NCBI GenBank assembly: GCA_050273025.1
Contig: CP158635.1
Coordinates: forward strand, 13,454,001-13,518,000
Length of the DNA stretch: 64,000 nt
Direction of reading: 5' to 3'
DNA from: Cenococcum geophilum
Taxonomy: Eukaryota
Shown here: positions 12,901 through 23,944 of the stretch, in pieces
Layout: each line of letters opens with the position of its first letter
Numbering within the stretch: the first letter of the stretch is position 1
The notes under the pieces: model-generated
Seen by the model: only the letters and a program-made list of their open reading frames with translations
The model's database searches: none
Told to the model about the DNA's origin: nothing
Made by a program: the position numbers and the translations under genes

Positions 12901-13905
12901 ATATATTAACGCCTACTATTGCCTAGCTATTCCTAAATTATATATAGAAACTCTACAAACTCCCTAAAACAATTATCTCCGATAAAGGCAGCTAATTTAT
13001 CTTAGCATCCTAGAAAAAACTAACTACTTAACTCTGCATTAAAGCACTATTATTTACCGCGTATTACCTAAAAATAGATAGTTAAACGGAACGCGTAAAT
13101 GCTATAATGGAATAGTATATTTAGATATATACGTTATATTTATAGGATAACTAAATTAACTAGCTTGTATTTACTAAGTTTACTATAAATAATTCCGTCT
13201 CGGAAACTACGAAAGTCTCCCTATTCCTAGCTAATTACGGCTAATACCCACAAATGGGTTTTAAACCCTTTAGTAATATTCTTTACCCCGCTTATTACGC
13301 CTTATAAATTATAAAAGCAAATAAATTTATAGAAAAGATAGAGGAACTATAACAGTTCCTTACTAATAAGATAATATAGGCTTAATCTGTCTATAAAGCC
13401 GTAGTAAATAAGAAATAAACCCTAGTACCGGCCTACTAAACTAGTAATTTCGTCTAGCTAGATATAAGAAATCTAAACACAAAATAACCTATTAAAAAAC
13501 TTAATTGGAAGAACGCTGGCCCTTATTAGGTTAAGAAGGTCGTCTTCTCTTACTCCTACCGATTAAAGCTCCCTAATACGGTTAAAATCCACCCCATATT
13601 CTATACGTCAGTCCTCTATCCCACTACCTCTATATTAAACGCCCTGTCTAGATAGATATAAAACCCTCCCCTACTAGTTAAAGTAGATGGTAAGAACGAG
13701 TATTTTATTAAAAGAATTAATAATATTAAATATAATAAACGGAAACGCTAATATATATATCTTATAAAATGGAGAGGCTTTACTAAGTCCTTATAGGAAC
13801 CCGTTAACTTTATAGGACTTATATAAGCCGCAGAAGACTTTTATAAACTCTACCTAAAACTACTACAGCCCTATCTCGCAGAAGCTCGAGTTTAAAAGGG
13901 GGGTA
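9931..13905 (+). pseudogene. pol: Gypsy pol (protease, RT, RNase H, integrase, chromodomain), RIP-degraded
   Basis: KKPGGGL.F(C)(V)DY(R)ALN..TIKN(R)YPIPL at ~11144-11232; YI(D)DILIY at ~11470; AY(H)(P)..D(G)(Q)TERVN at ~13060-13100; chromodomain ~13695-13860. Confidence 0.9.
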
Positions 13906-16900
13906 CTATTATAAGACATCCCCGTAACACCTTGTATATATCTACCTATTTTTACTAACTTAGCAATTAGAGACTAACTATAAAATAGTAACCTAATAGC
14001 AATCTAATAGCAATCTAATGGCAATTCATGGCATTCTGCTATATTCTGCTAAGTTCTACTAAATTCTACTAAGTTCTGCTAGGACTATAAACTAAACCCT
14101 ATTCTGCCCTATATATATATTAACTAAGCAACTAAGTTAATAATATATACCCCTTCTTCCCGTTTTCCTACCTTCTCTCCTTACGCAACGTCTTAACTTC
14201 TTATACAGTTTATATATATAGCTTAATAATATCTACCTTACTATATATTATCGCCGCTTATACTTACTCTGTAATAGGCTAGCAGCTAAATACTATTACG
14301 GAACAGCTACACGTTAGTTAAACTACTATATATAATACCAAACATTACCTTATACAATATGGCTAGCCTATTAGGCCTTATATATAGAAGACTAGCTAGC
14401 TAGCGGCGTTAATAAAAGCTAATAATAAGGCCCTTCTTAAACTCCTACTTTACAATAGCTAGAAATATCTAGATAAAATAGACGAAATTTAGTACTGGCT
14501 TTATTATAAACATAGTCTTAATATTACTAGTACTATAATCTACTATATCTTAAATAAGAAAGGGTAAATAAGGAAGGCTATTAGGCGTATAATATAGAGC
14601 TATAACTTATAGCTAAGGGAGCTCTATTATAATAATATAAGGCGGTTTCTAGTAGATATTATAGTATTCCTTAATAAGGCTATTTTTAATAATAAAACTA
14701 GCTAGTAGATAAGAGGGTAGGCTCTAGTTAGTAAGGAAGCGTATTATAGGGGCGATCTTTAAAGAGGCGATACTTAGAGTATCTGCGTAGCTGTAATAAT
14801 TAACGGCTAGGTCTACTATTAAGCCTATAAGGGCTATTTTTGTATTAATGACTTTATTAGGTAGCTATACGGCTACCTATTTCTTATACTTTATAAGCAA
14901 TATCTAAATCGGACTATAGTAATTATAATAAATAATTTTAAGATTTACGTTAACGCGCAAATTCTAGCTGCTATTAAAGAGAAGGGCTATATCCTTTACT
15001 ATCTACTGCTATACTTACTAGATTTTAATCTAATTAAACTTATATAGGCTATTTTAAAGGTATAGATCCGTTACTAGCACCTATATACTTAAGAATTCTA
15101 CTATAATTATAGTAAGTTTCTTAAGCGAGCTATTTATAAGAGTAAGTATAATTCCTTTACCTAATAGCAGTTTTAATATGCTATAGGAGGAATATATATA
15201 GAATAGGCTAAGCTAGAGCGTTTATAATATTAAGGTTTAAGGGCTAGGTAAGTTAACTACGGCCTTTAATATCGCTATAGGCACCTAGTTAGGAAATTAT
15301 TTTATATTAAATTGCTATAGAAAACACCTCTTTTACCTAGTTTATATATCCTTTACCTCTATATAAAGCCTCCTACTAAGTCTATAAAAGCGTTTGCCGC
15401 TATAGCGGCCTTTTACTACTTATAGTATACTTTAAACTTATAGAGCTAGCCAGCTATATTACTAATAAAGCTATTAGCAGCACCTAACTCTAAAGCCCTA
15501 TAGAATTTGCGTAAATTTTTTTTTTATAATACGTAGATTATTTAGACTCTACTATTATTCTAATATAATATCCTTAAACTGCTTTAGTTTCTCTTGCATT
15601 ATAGCGTTATATATCCCCTTTAGCTTCTAGATAAATAGACGCTAAATAATATCTATATCCTCTTTATTAACTAATATAGGACTTAAGTATAGGTAATTGT
15701 TAATAGTATATATAGAGGTAGGAGGCGGCGGCGGCAAAGGGCTAACAATAGGAGTAGTAGCTTAGATTTAAGGTTAAATAGGCAGTTAAGTAGGCGGCGT
15801 TATAGGTAGCTAAAGCTACTATAGTGGCAGATAATAAGGCACTTAATTCTACGGGTACTATATATAGGAAGGGCTAGTATAGTGTTAAGAATATATAGAA
15901 AGCTGCTAATTAAAGCTATATAAAAATATTGCTATTTACTACTGCTATCTCTATATAGTAATTAGACGGTAATATTCCTCTCGCTCCTTATATTATTCTT
16001 TATAGCGCTTATCCATTTCTTCCATTTTATTCTTTGATTAACGTCTATAGGCCTCTATTTGCAATTCTTAAAGCTTAGCTATATAGTTAGTTACTATATA
16101 AAGCTTAGTTACGGCTAAAGATCTATAGGGCTATTAACCTAGGCGGCTAACTAGACTATCCGCTATAAGAGCGCGGAAAACCTTTATAGGTGGCTCCTTG
16201 TAGTAAGTGTTACTAAAGGTAATAGTATTTACCTAGGCCTTATGCTAAGCAGCGTTAATAGCGTAGTATTAACTATTAAATATATAGTAGAAGTTTTAAT
16301 AGTTACTATAGTTTATATTTATACACTTAATTTATTTCCTTAGGTAAGCTTTAAAGTTAGCAATATTCTTATATACTACTTAATGGCTTAGATTTTGCTA
16401 TAGTAATAGCTCTAAGTATAATTTTATAGGTGCGCCTTTACCTAATATAAGAATAAGACTTTTAGATTATAAGGTAACTAGTAGAAAAGATAGGATCTTG
16501 ATAGACTCCTTAATATCCTTAATAACCTTTCTCTTTTTCCTAACTTTATTAATGCCTTATAGTTAATCTTAACTTTAAAAGTTAATTAAATATTACTGTC
16601 TGTACAAGTAGAGGTTACGTGGTCATGTCTCTGATTAGTCATCCTTACGGTGACTCATCAGCCCCCTATTTAGGCACCGCGATCCTTACAATCCTCTGCG
16701 AAAGACACGAATAAATTAAAGAACCTATTACCTTATATTGCAATTACAGTACCCCCCCAGGTAATACCGACACTAATCAGTGGATATCACAGATCAGCCA
16801 GGTGTTATTACGAAGAGAGGCACCACGCGATCGCTCCTACCAAGGCCCGTCGACCACGTTGTGTTTGCTAAGGAGAACCCTTCCTATATAGGCCCTGGGA

Positions 16901-17659
16901 ACTTAAAGAACCGACTCCTCCAAGGCTTCGTTCGGTTCGCGTCCATTACGCAAAATCTACTACAAGAGACAACACGCGATCGCTCCTACTAAGGCCCGTC
17001 AATCACGTCGCGTTTACTAAGAAGAACCGACTCCTACCAAGGCTTCGTTCGGTTCGCGTCTACCACGCAAATTAATACCCAGTACGACCTCTTTACTAAG
17101 CGCCAGTACACCCAGCAGCGTCAGCAGCACCCCTACCTACACCCCTACCTACACCACGACCTACACTACGACCTAAACCACGACCTACGCCAGCCAATTA
17201 TGTTCGATATAAGAACCTAACGTCCGAACTAGGCCAACGGAATCACCCTAACCAGCAAGACTACTGCAGAGGATATTACCAATTACATTTACTTCAAAAT
17301 CAATAAGTATACTAGCTATAACTTTAAGGATAAAACCCTATGGGATTTATACCAAGAGGACTTTAATAATTTTAAGGTATAAATATTTAAGGAAGCTAAT
17401 AGGTCTGCAATTAAAAAACTTAAACAACTGCTCCAATATAATAGAGTATAGGTCTTTAACAAAAAGAGTAAGTTAGTACCACAAGCACTATATAACGTCG
17501 CTTACGAGGACAACCGTACGGAATAGTTAGATGCAGAAATTAAGCTATATATCAACAACGAAGGACCCTTTAATTCGTATGCTATCAACTATCGTCTCAA
17601 ATTACGCCCACTTGCCACCACCCCTAGGACACCTCAACCACCTGTTGCATCTATACCCT

Positions 17660-17900
17660 AGCAAGCTCCGCCCACACAAGCCTCGTCCGCGCAAGCTCCG
17701 TCCAAGCAAGCTGCTCCATCCGCACAAGCTCCGCCTGCACAAGCTCCGTCCACGCAAGCTCCGTCCACACAAGCTCCGCCCGCGCAAGCTCCGTCCAAAC
17801 AAGCTTCGTCCGCGCAATCTCCGTCTACGCAAGCTCCGCCCACGCAAGCCCCATCTACACAAGCCCCATCCGCGCAAGCTCCGCCCGTGCAAGCTCCGCT
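17660..17900 (+). repeat. 15-bp coding minisatellite (GCAAGCTCCGYCCRC)n encoding QAPPA/QAPST
   Basis: About 16 tandem units visible; this repeat produces the overlapping ORF-track calls. Confidence 0.9.
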
Positions 17901-18429
17901 AGCTTCACCCTCTCCCTTAACCAAAGCCAAGGATCCACAGCAGCCAAGCTCATACGAACCTCCGCAACCTACCTAGCGACAGTACAACTCAGCCCCAGCT
18001 GTCTCAAATAACCTTCCTCCTACGGCCAAGCTCCCCCTGCCTACAAACGTCACAGCTATCTTAAATAACCTTCCTCCTACAACTGAGCTCCACTTGCCTA
18101 TAAACGTCACAGCTACTTCTACAAACGTTACGGCTCCCTCTGCGAACGTCACGGTTCCCTCTACAAATGTTACAGCTCCCTCTACGAATACCCCTATAAC
18201 ACCTTAAACACCTATTGCATTTATATCCCAACAGCCTACCCAGCAGCAGCAGTACGACCCTTAGCAACCTAGCCGATAGCAGTATACCCTATTGCAATTT
18301 ACCCGACAACAGCAACCAGACCCAGGAGGAGGAGGAACAACAATATACAATACTTGGTTATCAGCCCTTCCACCTGTTTTCCCCTATAGACACCCCAGTA
18401 ACACCTTATACGCGTCTACCTATCTCCAC

Positions 18430-18575
18430 CACAATATCCGAATATTTACGATATCCGCAATATCCGCAATATCCGTAGCAATATTCGCAATATCCGTAGC
18501 GATATCCGCAATATCCGTAACAATATCCGCAACGTCTGCAATATCCGTAATATTCGCAATACCCAAGACATTCGC
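18430..18575 (+). repeat. 9-bp tandem repeat (ATATCCGCA)n, YPQ in the gag-like frame
   Basis: Repeated atatccgca/atatccgta units. Confidence 0.85.
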
Positions 18576-19182
18576 GATTACTGCCCTGAGCACCTGTTGA
18601 CCTATATACTTCTCCTTTATACTTTTATACCTTCTTTCCTTTTTATAAATATCGCCAGTGTCTATATAAGTAGAGGTTACGTAGTCATGTCTCTAATTAG
18701 TCATCCTTACAGTAACTCATCAGCCCCCTATTTAGGCACCGCGATCCTTACGATCCTCTGCAAAAGACATGAATAAATCAAAGAACCTGTTACCTTATAT
18801 TGCAATTGCAGTACCCCCCCAGGTGATACTGACAATTACTATTAAGGTTATGCGCCTACTAAATATTAACTACTTTAAGTAGGTAATCGCTCTATTTAAT
18901 AGAGAAGTTATTAATAGAGTAGTTAGCTTATTTGCTACGGCTAAAAATATATTATATAACTATAAGACGTTTAACCTAGGTAAAGATTTTACTACTAAGT
19001 TAACGGTTAATTTTACTTATAATGGCGTCTTTAATATTAAAGTTCTTATTATTCTAATTAACAAGATCTAAGCTATAAGGGCCCTAATTAAGCCTCTCTA
19101 GATCTAACAGAACTTTTAAATTTAGGCCTTTAAGTCTCCTAATATTATACTCCTATCTAGCCTAAAGCTTATCCCTTCTATA

Positions 19183-19407
19183 TATTAGGTAAAACCTAAG
19201 TAGATAGTTATATAGCTGTAAGGCATAGGCGACCCTAGGGCAACCTAAGGGTGACTCGCTTGTAAGGTATGTGCGCTATATATACCTAGGGAAAACCCTT
19301 CCTACCTCGCACATAGACTCCTCCTTTTCCCTTAAGGATTTGTCTCTATCTATACAATATACCTATTATTCTATTATTAGACTCCCTATCTACATCCTTA
19401 CCTTATA
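19183..19407 (+). mobile_element. Solo LTR (225 bp), distantly related to the LTRs at 38521 and 49435
   Basis: Absent from the homologous site in copy B (~20420); 5-bp TSD CTATA (19178-19182, 19408-19412); shares CCTTAAGGATTTGTCTCT with that LTR family. Confidence 0.8.
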
Positions 19408-20224
19408 CTATACTCCTTCCTTACCTTAACTTCCTCCTTAGTTTTATTATAATAGCGCCTATAATAACTATAGCCTTCTAATACCTAATATAATATAGCC
19501 TCCTTAACTTCTTTAACTTTCTTAACTTTCTTATTTTAAAACTGTATACGCTAACTATAGTCTATATATAGCTCTATATAAGTTACCCAAGTTACCTTTA
19601 TTAGTTTAGCGCGCTAGCTAGGCTTAGGTAGCCCTAGAGGAGGAGGAGTAGATAGCTTCCTACGTTTATTTATAGTAGAAGCCTTAGGAGCGACACTAGC
19701 AGTACGTAAATAAGCGTAAGTATTACTAATAAAGCGAGTACTGCTAGCTAGAGGAGCTGCTAATAGCGTTACTAGCGTTAACTTTAAGGCCTACTTTGCG
19801 GGCTATTTTGTAGGCTTCTTTACAGGCTTCTTTGCAGGTACTATAACACTAGAAAACGCGTTAAAATAGGTTAAATAGTAGGGTGACGTCGGCTTTAACT
19901 TACTAACTAGTAGTAGGGATATTATATCGATAATAAGGCGCGTTTAACGTGGGAATAGGCTATCTCACGGTTTTACACATAAGGTTAGGTGCAAAATTTA
20001 GGGATCTGCATACTAAGGATTAGTTGGTTACAAAACGGACTAGAATCCTTAGCATGCAAATCCCAAATTTTTGCGCCTAACATTACGTATAAAACCGTAA
20101 GATAGCCCATTTTCCACATTTAACGCGCCTTATTATTAACATAGCTCCCTATAATCCATTAGTTAGTAAGTTAAAGCCGACATCTCCCCGCTATTTGCCT
20201 TATCTTAACGCGTTTCCTAATATT

Positions 20225-22140
20225 ATAGTACTCACAAAGAAGCCTACGAAGAAGCCCGTAAAGTAGGCCTTAAAATTAACACTAGTAACGTTAATACCAT
20301 TAGCAGCTCCTCTAGCTAGCAGTACTCGCTCTATTAGCAATACCCACGCTTATTTATATACTGCTAGTATTATTCCTAAGGCTTCTACTATAAATAGGAA
20401 GTTAAGGTAAGGAAGGAGCATAGGAGGGACGAGCTTTATACTAGATAGAAGTATAATATTAAGAGACTTAAAGGTCTAAATTTAAAGGTTTCGTTAGATC
20501 TAAAGAGGCTCAATTTAAGCCCTTATAGTTTAGATCTTGTTAATTAGGATAATAAGAACTTTAATATTAAAGATATATTAAAAGGCTAGGCGGGAGATCT
20601 ACGTTAAAGGCGTTAAATTTATGATTAAGGTATTTATCTTAAGCGTTAAACTAAGTAGGTAACTATTAACTATCCTATCTATAGTTAATTTAGGCTCTAT
20701 ATTAATAGTTCTAAGATTACTATAAACTATTTAGTTAAGTAAAAACGGTAGTTATATAACCTAAGCCTTATTAAGGACACAATTATAAATAAGATTAACT
20801 ATTAACTTAGTAGTAAGATTTACACCTAGGTTAAATATCTTATTATTATATAATATATTTCTAGCCATAGTAAACAAGCTAACTACTCTATTAATAACTT
20901 CTCTATTAAATAGAGCGATCGCCTACTTAAAGTCGTTAATATCTAGTAGGCGTATAACCTTAACAGTAATATTTAATTAACTTTTAAAGTTAAGATTAAC
21001 TATAAGGCGTTAATAAGGTTAGGAAGGAAAAGGAAGGTTATTAAGAATATTAAGAAACTTGCTAAGATCCTATCTTCCCTATTAGTTACCTTATAGTCTA
21101 AGAGTCCTACTCTTATATTAAGCAAAGGCGCTCCTATAAAATTATGCCTAGAGCTATTACTATAGTAGAATCTAAGCCGTTAAGTAGTATATAAGGATAT
21201 TACTAACTTTTAAGCTCGCTTAGGGAAATAGATTAAGTGTATATATATAAACTATAGTAACTATTAAAACTTCTACAATATATTTAATAGTTAATACTAC
21301 GCTATTAACGCTGCTTAGTATAAGGCCTAGGCAAACGCTATTACCTCTAGCGACGCTTAATATAAGGAGCCACCTATAAAGGTCTTCTGTACTCTTATAG
21401 CAGACAATCTAATTAGCCGCTTAGGTTAACAATCTTATAAACCTTTAGCGGCAACTAAGTTTTATATGGCAACTAACTATATAGCTAAGCTTTAAGAACT
21501 ATAGATAAAGGCCTATAGACGTTAATTAAAGAATAGAGAAGAAGAGAAGAAGGAGCGCTATAATAAATAATATAAGGAATAAGAGAAGCATCGCCGTCTA
21601 ATCGCTATATAGAGATAGTAGTAACAAATAACAATATTTCTATATAGCTTTAATTAGCAGCTGCCTACGTATTCTTAATACTACGCTGGCCCTTCCTATA
21701 CACAGTATCCGCAGAATTAAGTGCCCTATCTACTACCGCAGCAGCTTTAACCACCTTTACTACTACCTACTTAACTGCCTATTTAGCCTCAAATCCGAGC
21801 TACTCCTACTATTAGCCCTCCACCGCCGCCTCCTCCTATACATAATATTAATAATTACTTATATTTAAGTCCTATATTAGTTAATAAAGAGGATATAAAT
21901 ACTATTTAGTGTCTATTTATTTAGAAGCTAGAGAGGATATATAATATTATAATATAAGAGAAACTAAAATAGTTTAGAGATATTATATTAGAATAATAGT
22001 GGAGTTTAGATAATCTACGTATTATAAAAAATAAAAACTTATATAAATTTTAGAGGGCTTTAGAGCTAGATACCGTTAATAGCTTTATTAATAATATAGC
22101 TAGTTAACTCCGTAAGTTTAAGGTATACTATAGGCAGTAA
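20225..22140 (+). pseudogene. Unknown ORF2 of copy B: Cys/His-motif protein with a helical C-terminal domain
   Basis: Starts (M)VLTKKP.KKP.K. 21232-21375 reads KC...N(C).N(H).NF(C)..F.G.(H)YA.NAA.(H).A(W)ANAI.S(G)DA....PP after RIP reversal. WSLD.LR near 21999. Confidence 0.6.
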
Positions 22141-22509
22141 AAGGCTGCTATAGCGGCAAACGCCCTTATAAACCTAGTAGGAGGCTTTACACGTATATAA
22201 AGTATATATTAACTAAGTAAAAGTTGGTGTTTTTTTATAGCAATTTAATATTAGATAATTTCCTAGTAAGTACCTATAGCAATATTAAAGGCCGTAGTTA
22301 ACTCCTCTAGCCCTTAAACCTTAACACTATGCTTAAACTACTTTAATTAACGCCGTAAACGCTCTAGCTTAGCCTATTCTATATATATTCCTTCTACGGC
22401 ATATTTAAACTACTACTAAGTAAAGAAATTGCACCTACTTTTATAAATAGCTCCATCGGGAAAATATTCGCAGGATAAGATTTAAGTAGACTTTGGTTTT
22501 CTCGTTTCG

Positions 22510-22850
22510 CGTAATTGACATGCAATTTGACCAACTCGACACGTAATTAACTAACTTAAAACGCAATTGACCAACTTGATACATTTAAAGGTTAAATAAC
22601 ACGCAGTTAACCTACTTAACAACTTTAAAAGCTAACTACATATCTCTTAACACGCAGTTAACCTACTTAGCAACTTTAAAAGCTAACTGCATATTTCTTA
22701 ATATGCAGTTAACCTACTTAACATATTTAAAAGTTAAATAATATGCAGTTAACCTATTTAACAACTTTAAAAGCTAACTACATATTCCTTAACACGCAGT
22801 TAACCACTTAGCTACTTTAAAAGGTAACTATATATTTCTTAATATGCAAT
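22510..22850 (+). repeat. ~20-bp and ~41-bp tandem repeats (TTGACCAACTTGATACGCAA type)
   Basis: Recurrent gcagttaacctacttaacaactttaaaagctaact units; also at 34200-34390. Confidence 0.75.
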
Positions 22851-22934
22851 TAAGGTAAAGTTATATACTATATATTTAACTATTATATATTATCTAATAT
22901 AATCTTATATAATCTTATATAGTTTTATTACTTA

Positions 22935-23092
22935 GAGGCTCTATATAAGGCTCTATATAAGGCTCTATATAAAGCTTTATACAAAGCTCTATATAAAGCT
23001 CTACACGAAGCTCTATACAAAGCTCTATATAAAGCTCTATATAAAGCTCTATACGAAGCTCTGCGTATAGAGGCTTTGCACGAAGCTCTGTA
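22935..23092 (+). repeat. 12-bp tandem repeat (AAAGCTCTATAT / GAAGCTCTGCAC)n
   Basis: Directly visible; related arrays at 34450-34508, 36770-36922 (reverse) and 56985-57335. Confidence 0.85.
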
Positions 23093-23177
23093 TTAGGTCC
23101 CCACTATATTCCTAATAGCCTCTATATATGCCTTTACCCTATATAGCTACCTTATTTTTTTTACCCTTCCTTTCTTA

Positions 23178-23486
23178 CGGAGGTCCCTAATAAAAGTTCT
23201 TACACCTTCCTAATTAGGAAGTTTTAAACTGATATACGCGTAAGTATAGGTGCGTATTTTATAGCCTACGTAGCGTATACTAGAGTTCTTACAGCGTATA
23301 TTAAGGCATATAAACTTTAAATATTAATTTACCAGCCTAATACTATATATAATAAAAATTCCCTATTAGATTTTTAATTTATACTTAGTAAGATAATATA
23401 TAAAAATATAAAAAGTAGTAATAAGTATTATTATTCCTAAAACTTCCTAATTAGGAAGGTGCAAGAACTTTTATTAAGGACCTCCG
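23178..23486. mobile_element. Tc1/mariner-type MITE (309 bp)
   Basis: ~48-bp TIR CGGAGGTCC(C/T)TAATAAAAGTTCTT(A/G)CACCTTCCTAATTAGGAAGTTTT; TA on both sides; absent from the homologous position (~34590) of host copy 2. Confidence 0.9.
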
Positions 23487-23944
23487 TATATCCTCCCTAT
23501 TTAAAAAGGCACTAAAATAGTAGCTAGTAAATGACCGTTACTAGAACTAAATAACTATCGCTAAAACTAAATAACCAATACTAGAACTAGATAACGACCG
23601 TTTAAATAACTAGCTAGTAAACACTATAAATAATTTAATTAATTAATTAATCAAATTAAACTAGAGCTTTAATATTAGCCTATTACCGAATTAAATCAAG
23701 GCCTTCTAGGGAGGCACCCTAGATAACTACCGTTTAAATATAATTAGGGCCTTTAATTAGGCCGACCTTTCCCCTAAATTAAATTATATACTAATATAGG
23801 CAGGCAGGTAAATAGGCAGGCAGGTAGGTAGGTAGATAGGTAGGTAAATAGGTAGGTAGGTAGGTAGGTAGGTAGATAGGTAAATAGGTAGGTAGGTAAG
23901 TAGGTAGGTAGGTAGGTAAGTAGGTAAATAGGTAAGTAGGTAGG

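Larger units (their letters stand above)
8306..14276 (+). mobile_element. Full-length Ty3/Gypsy chromovirus (5971 bp), RIP-inactivated
   Basis: 370-bp LTRs at 8306-8675 and 13907-14276; 5-bp TSD GGCTA (8301-8305, 14277-14281); PPT AAAAGGGGGG before the 3' LTR. Confidence 0.95.
8250..15240 (+). pseudogene. IS630/Tc1-family DDE transposase of copy A (8250-8305 joined to 14282-15240 across the Gypsy insertion)
   Basis: HTH-like N-terminus; VFL(D)(E)AIF at ~14663; VI(V)(M)(D)N..IH at ~14920; YL(P)(P)Y(S)(P)DFN(P)I(E)L.(W)AILK at ~15000-15058. Confidence 0.85.
16597..18834 (+). mobile_element. Small non-autonomous LTR element (2238 bp) with only a gag-like N-terminal remnant and low-complexity coding repeats
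   Basis: 176-bp LTRs TGTC...GACA at 16597-16772 and 18659-18834; 5-bp TSD ATTAC; DKTLWDLYQEDF at ~17328-17365 resembles fungal Copia gag N-termini; no pol motifs and no purine tract seen. Confidence 0.85.
15420..19844 (-). pseudogene. Unknown ORF2 of transposon copy A (K/P-rich N-terminus, acidic stretch, Cys/His motif), split by insertions at 16597-18834 and 19183-19407
   Basis: Reverse-complement homologue of 20225-22140; the inferred start codon sits at the inner edge of the terminal repeat. Confidence 0.6.
7446..20020. mobile_element. Two-gene IS630/Tc1-type DNA transposon, copy A (transposase on +, unknown ORF2 on -). It hosts a MITE, a Gypsy, a small LTR element, a solo LTR and copy B; its right end resumes at 37995.
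   Basis: Colinear inverted homology with 20021-37994 once insertions are removed. The left terminus is only weakly supported (TA-CGGTAGTTTG at 7444 versus CAACCTACTG-TA ending 38099). Confidence 0.7.

Noticed and set aside
17531..18600. Six ORF-track calls (KLRP, GRSL, CADG and YPQ/SAI repeats) as real genes
   Set aside because: They are readings of 15-bp, 21-bp and 9-bp tandem repeats inside the small LTR element; the plausible gag-like frame is broken by RIP stops.
19840..20230. Large palindrome centred near 20030 as a fold-back inversion or breakage-fusion-bridge scar
   Set aside because: The arms differ by transversions and indels, and the host terminal repeat resumes at 37995. Insertion of copy B into copy A explains it better.
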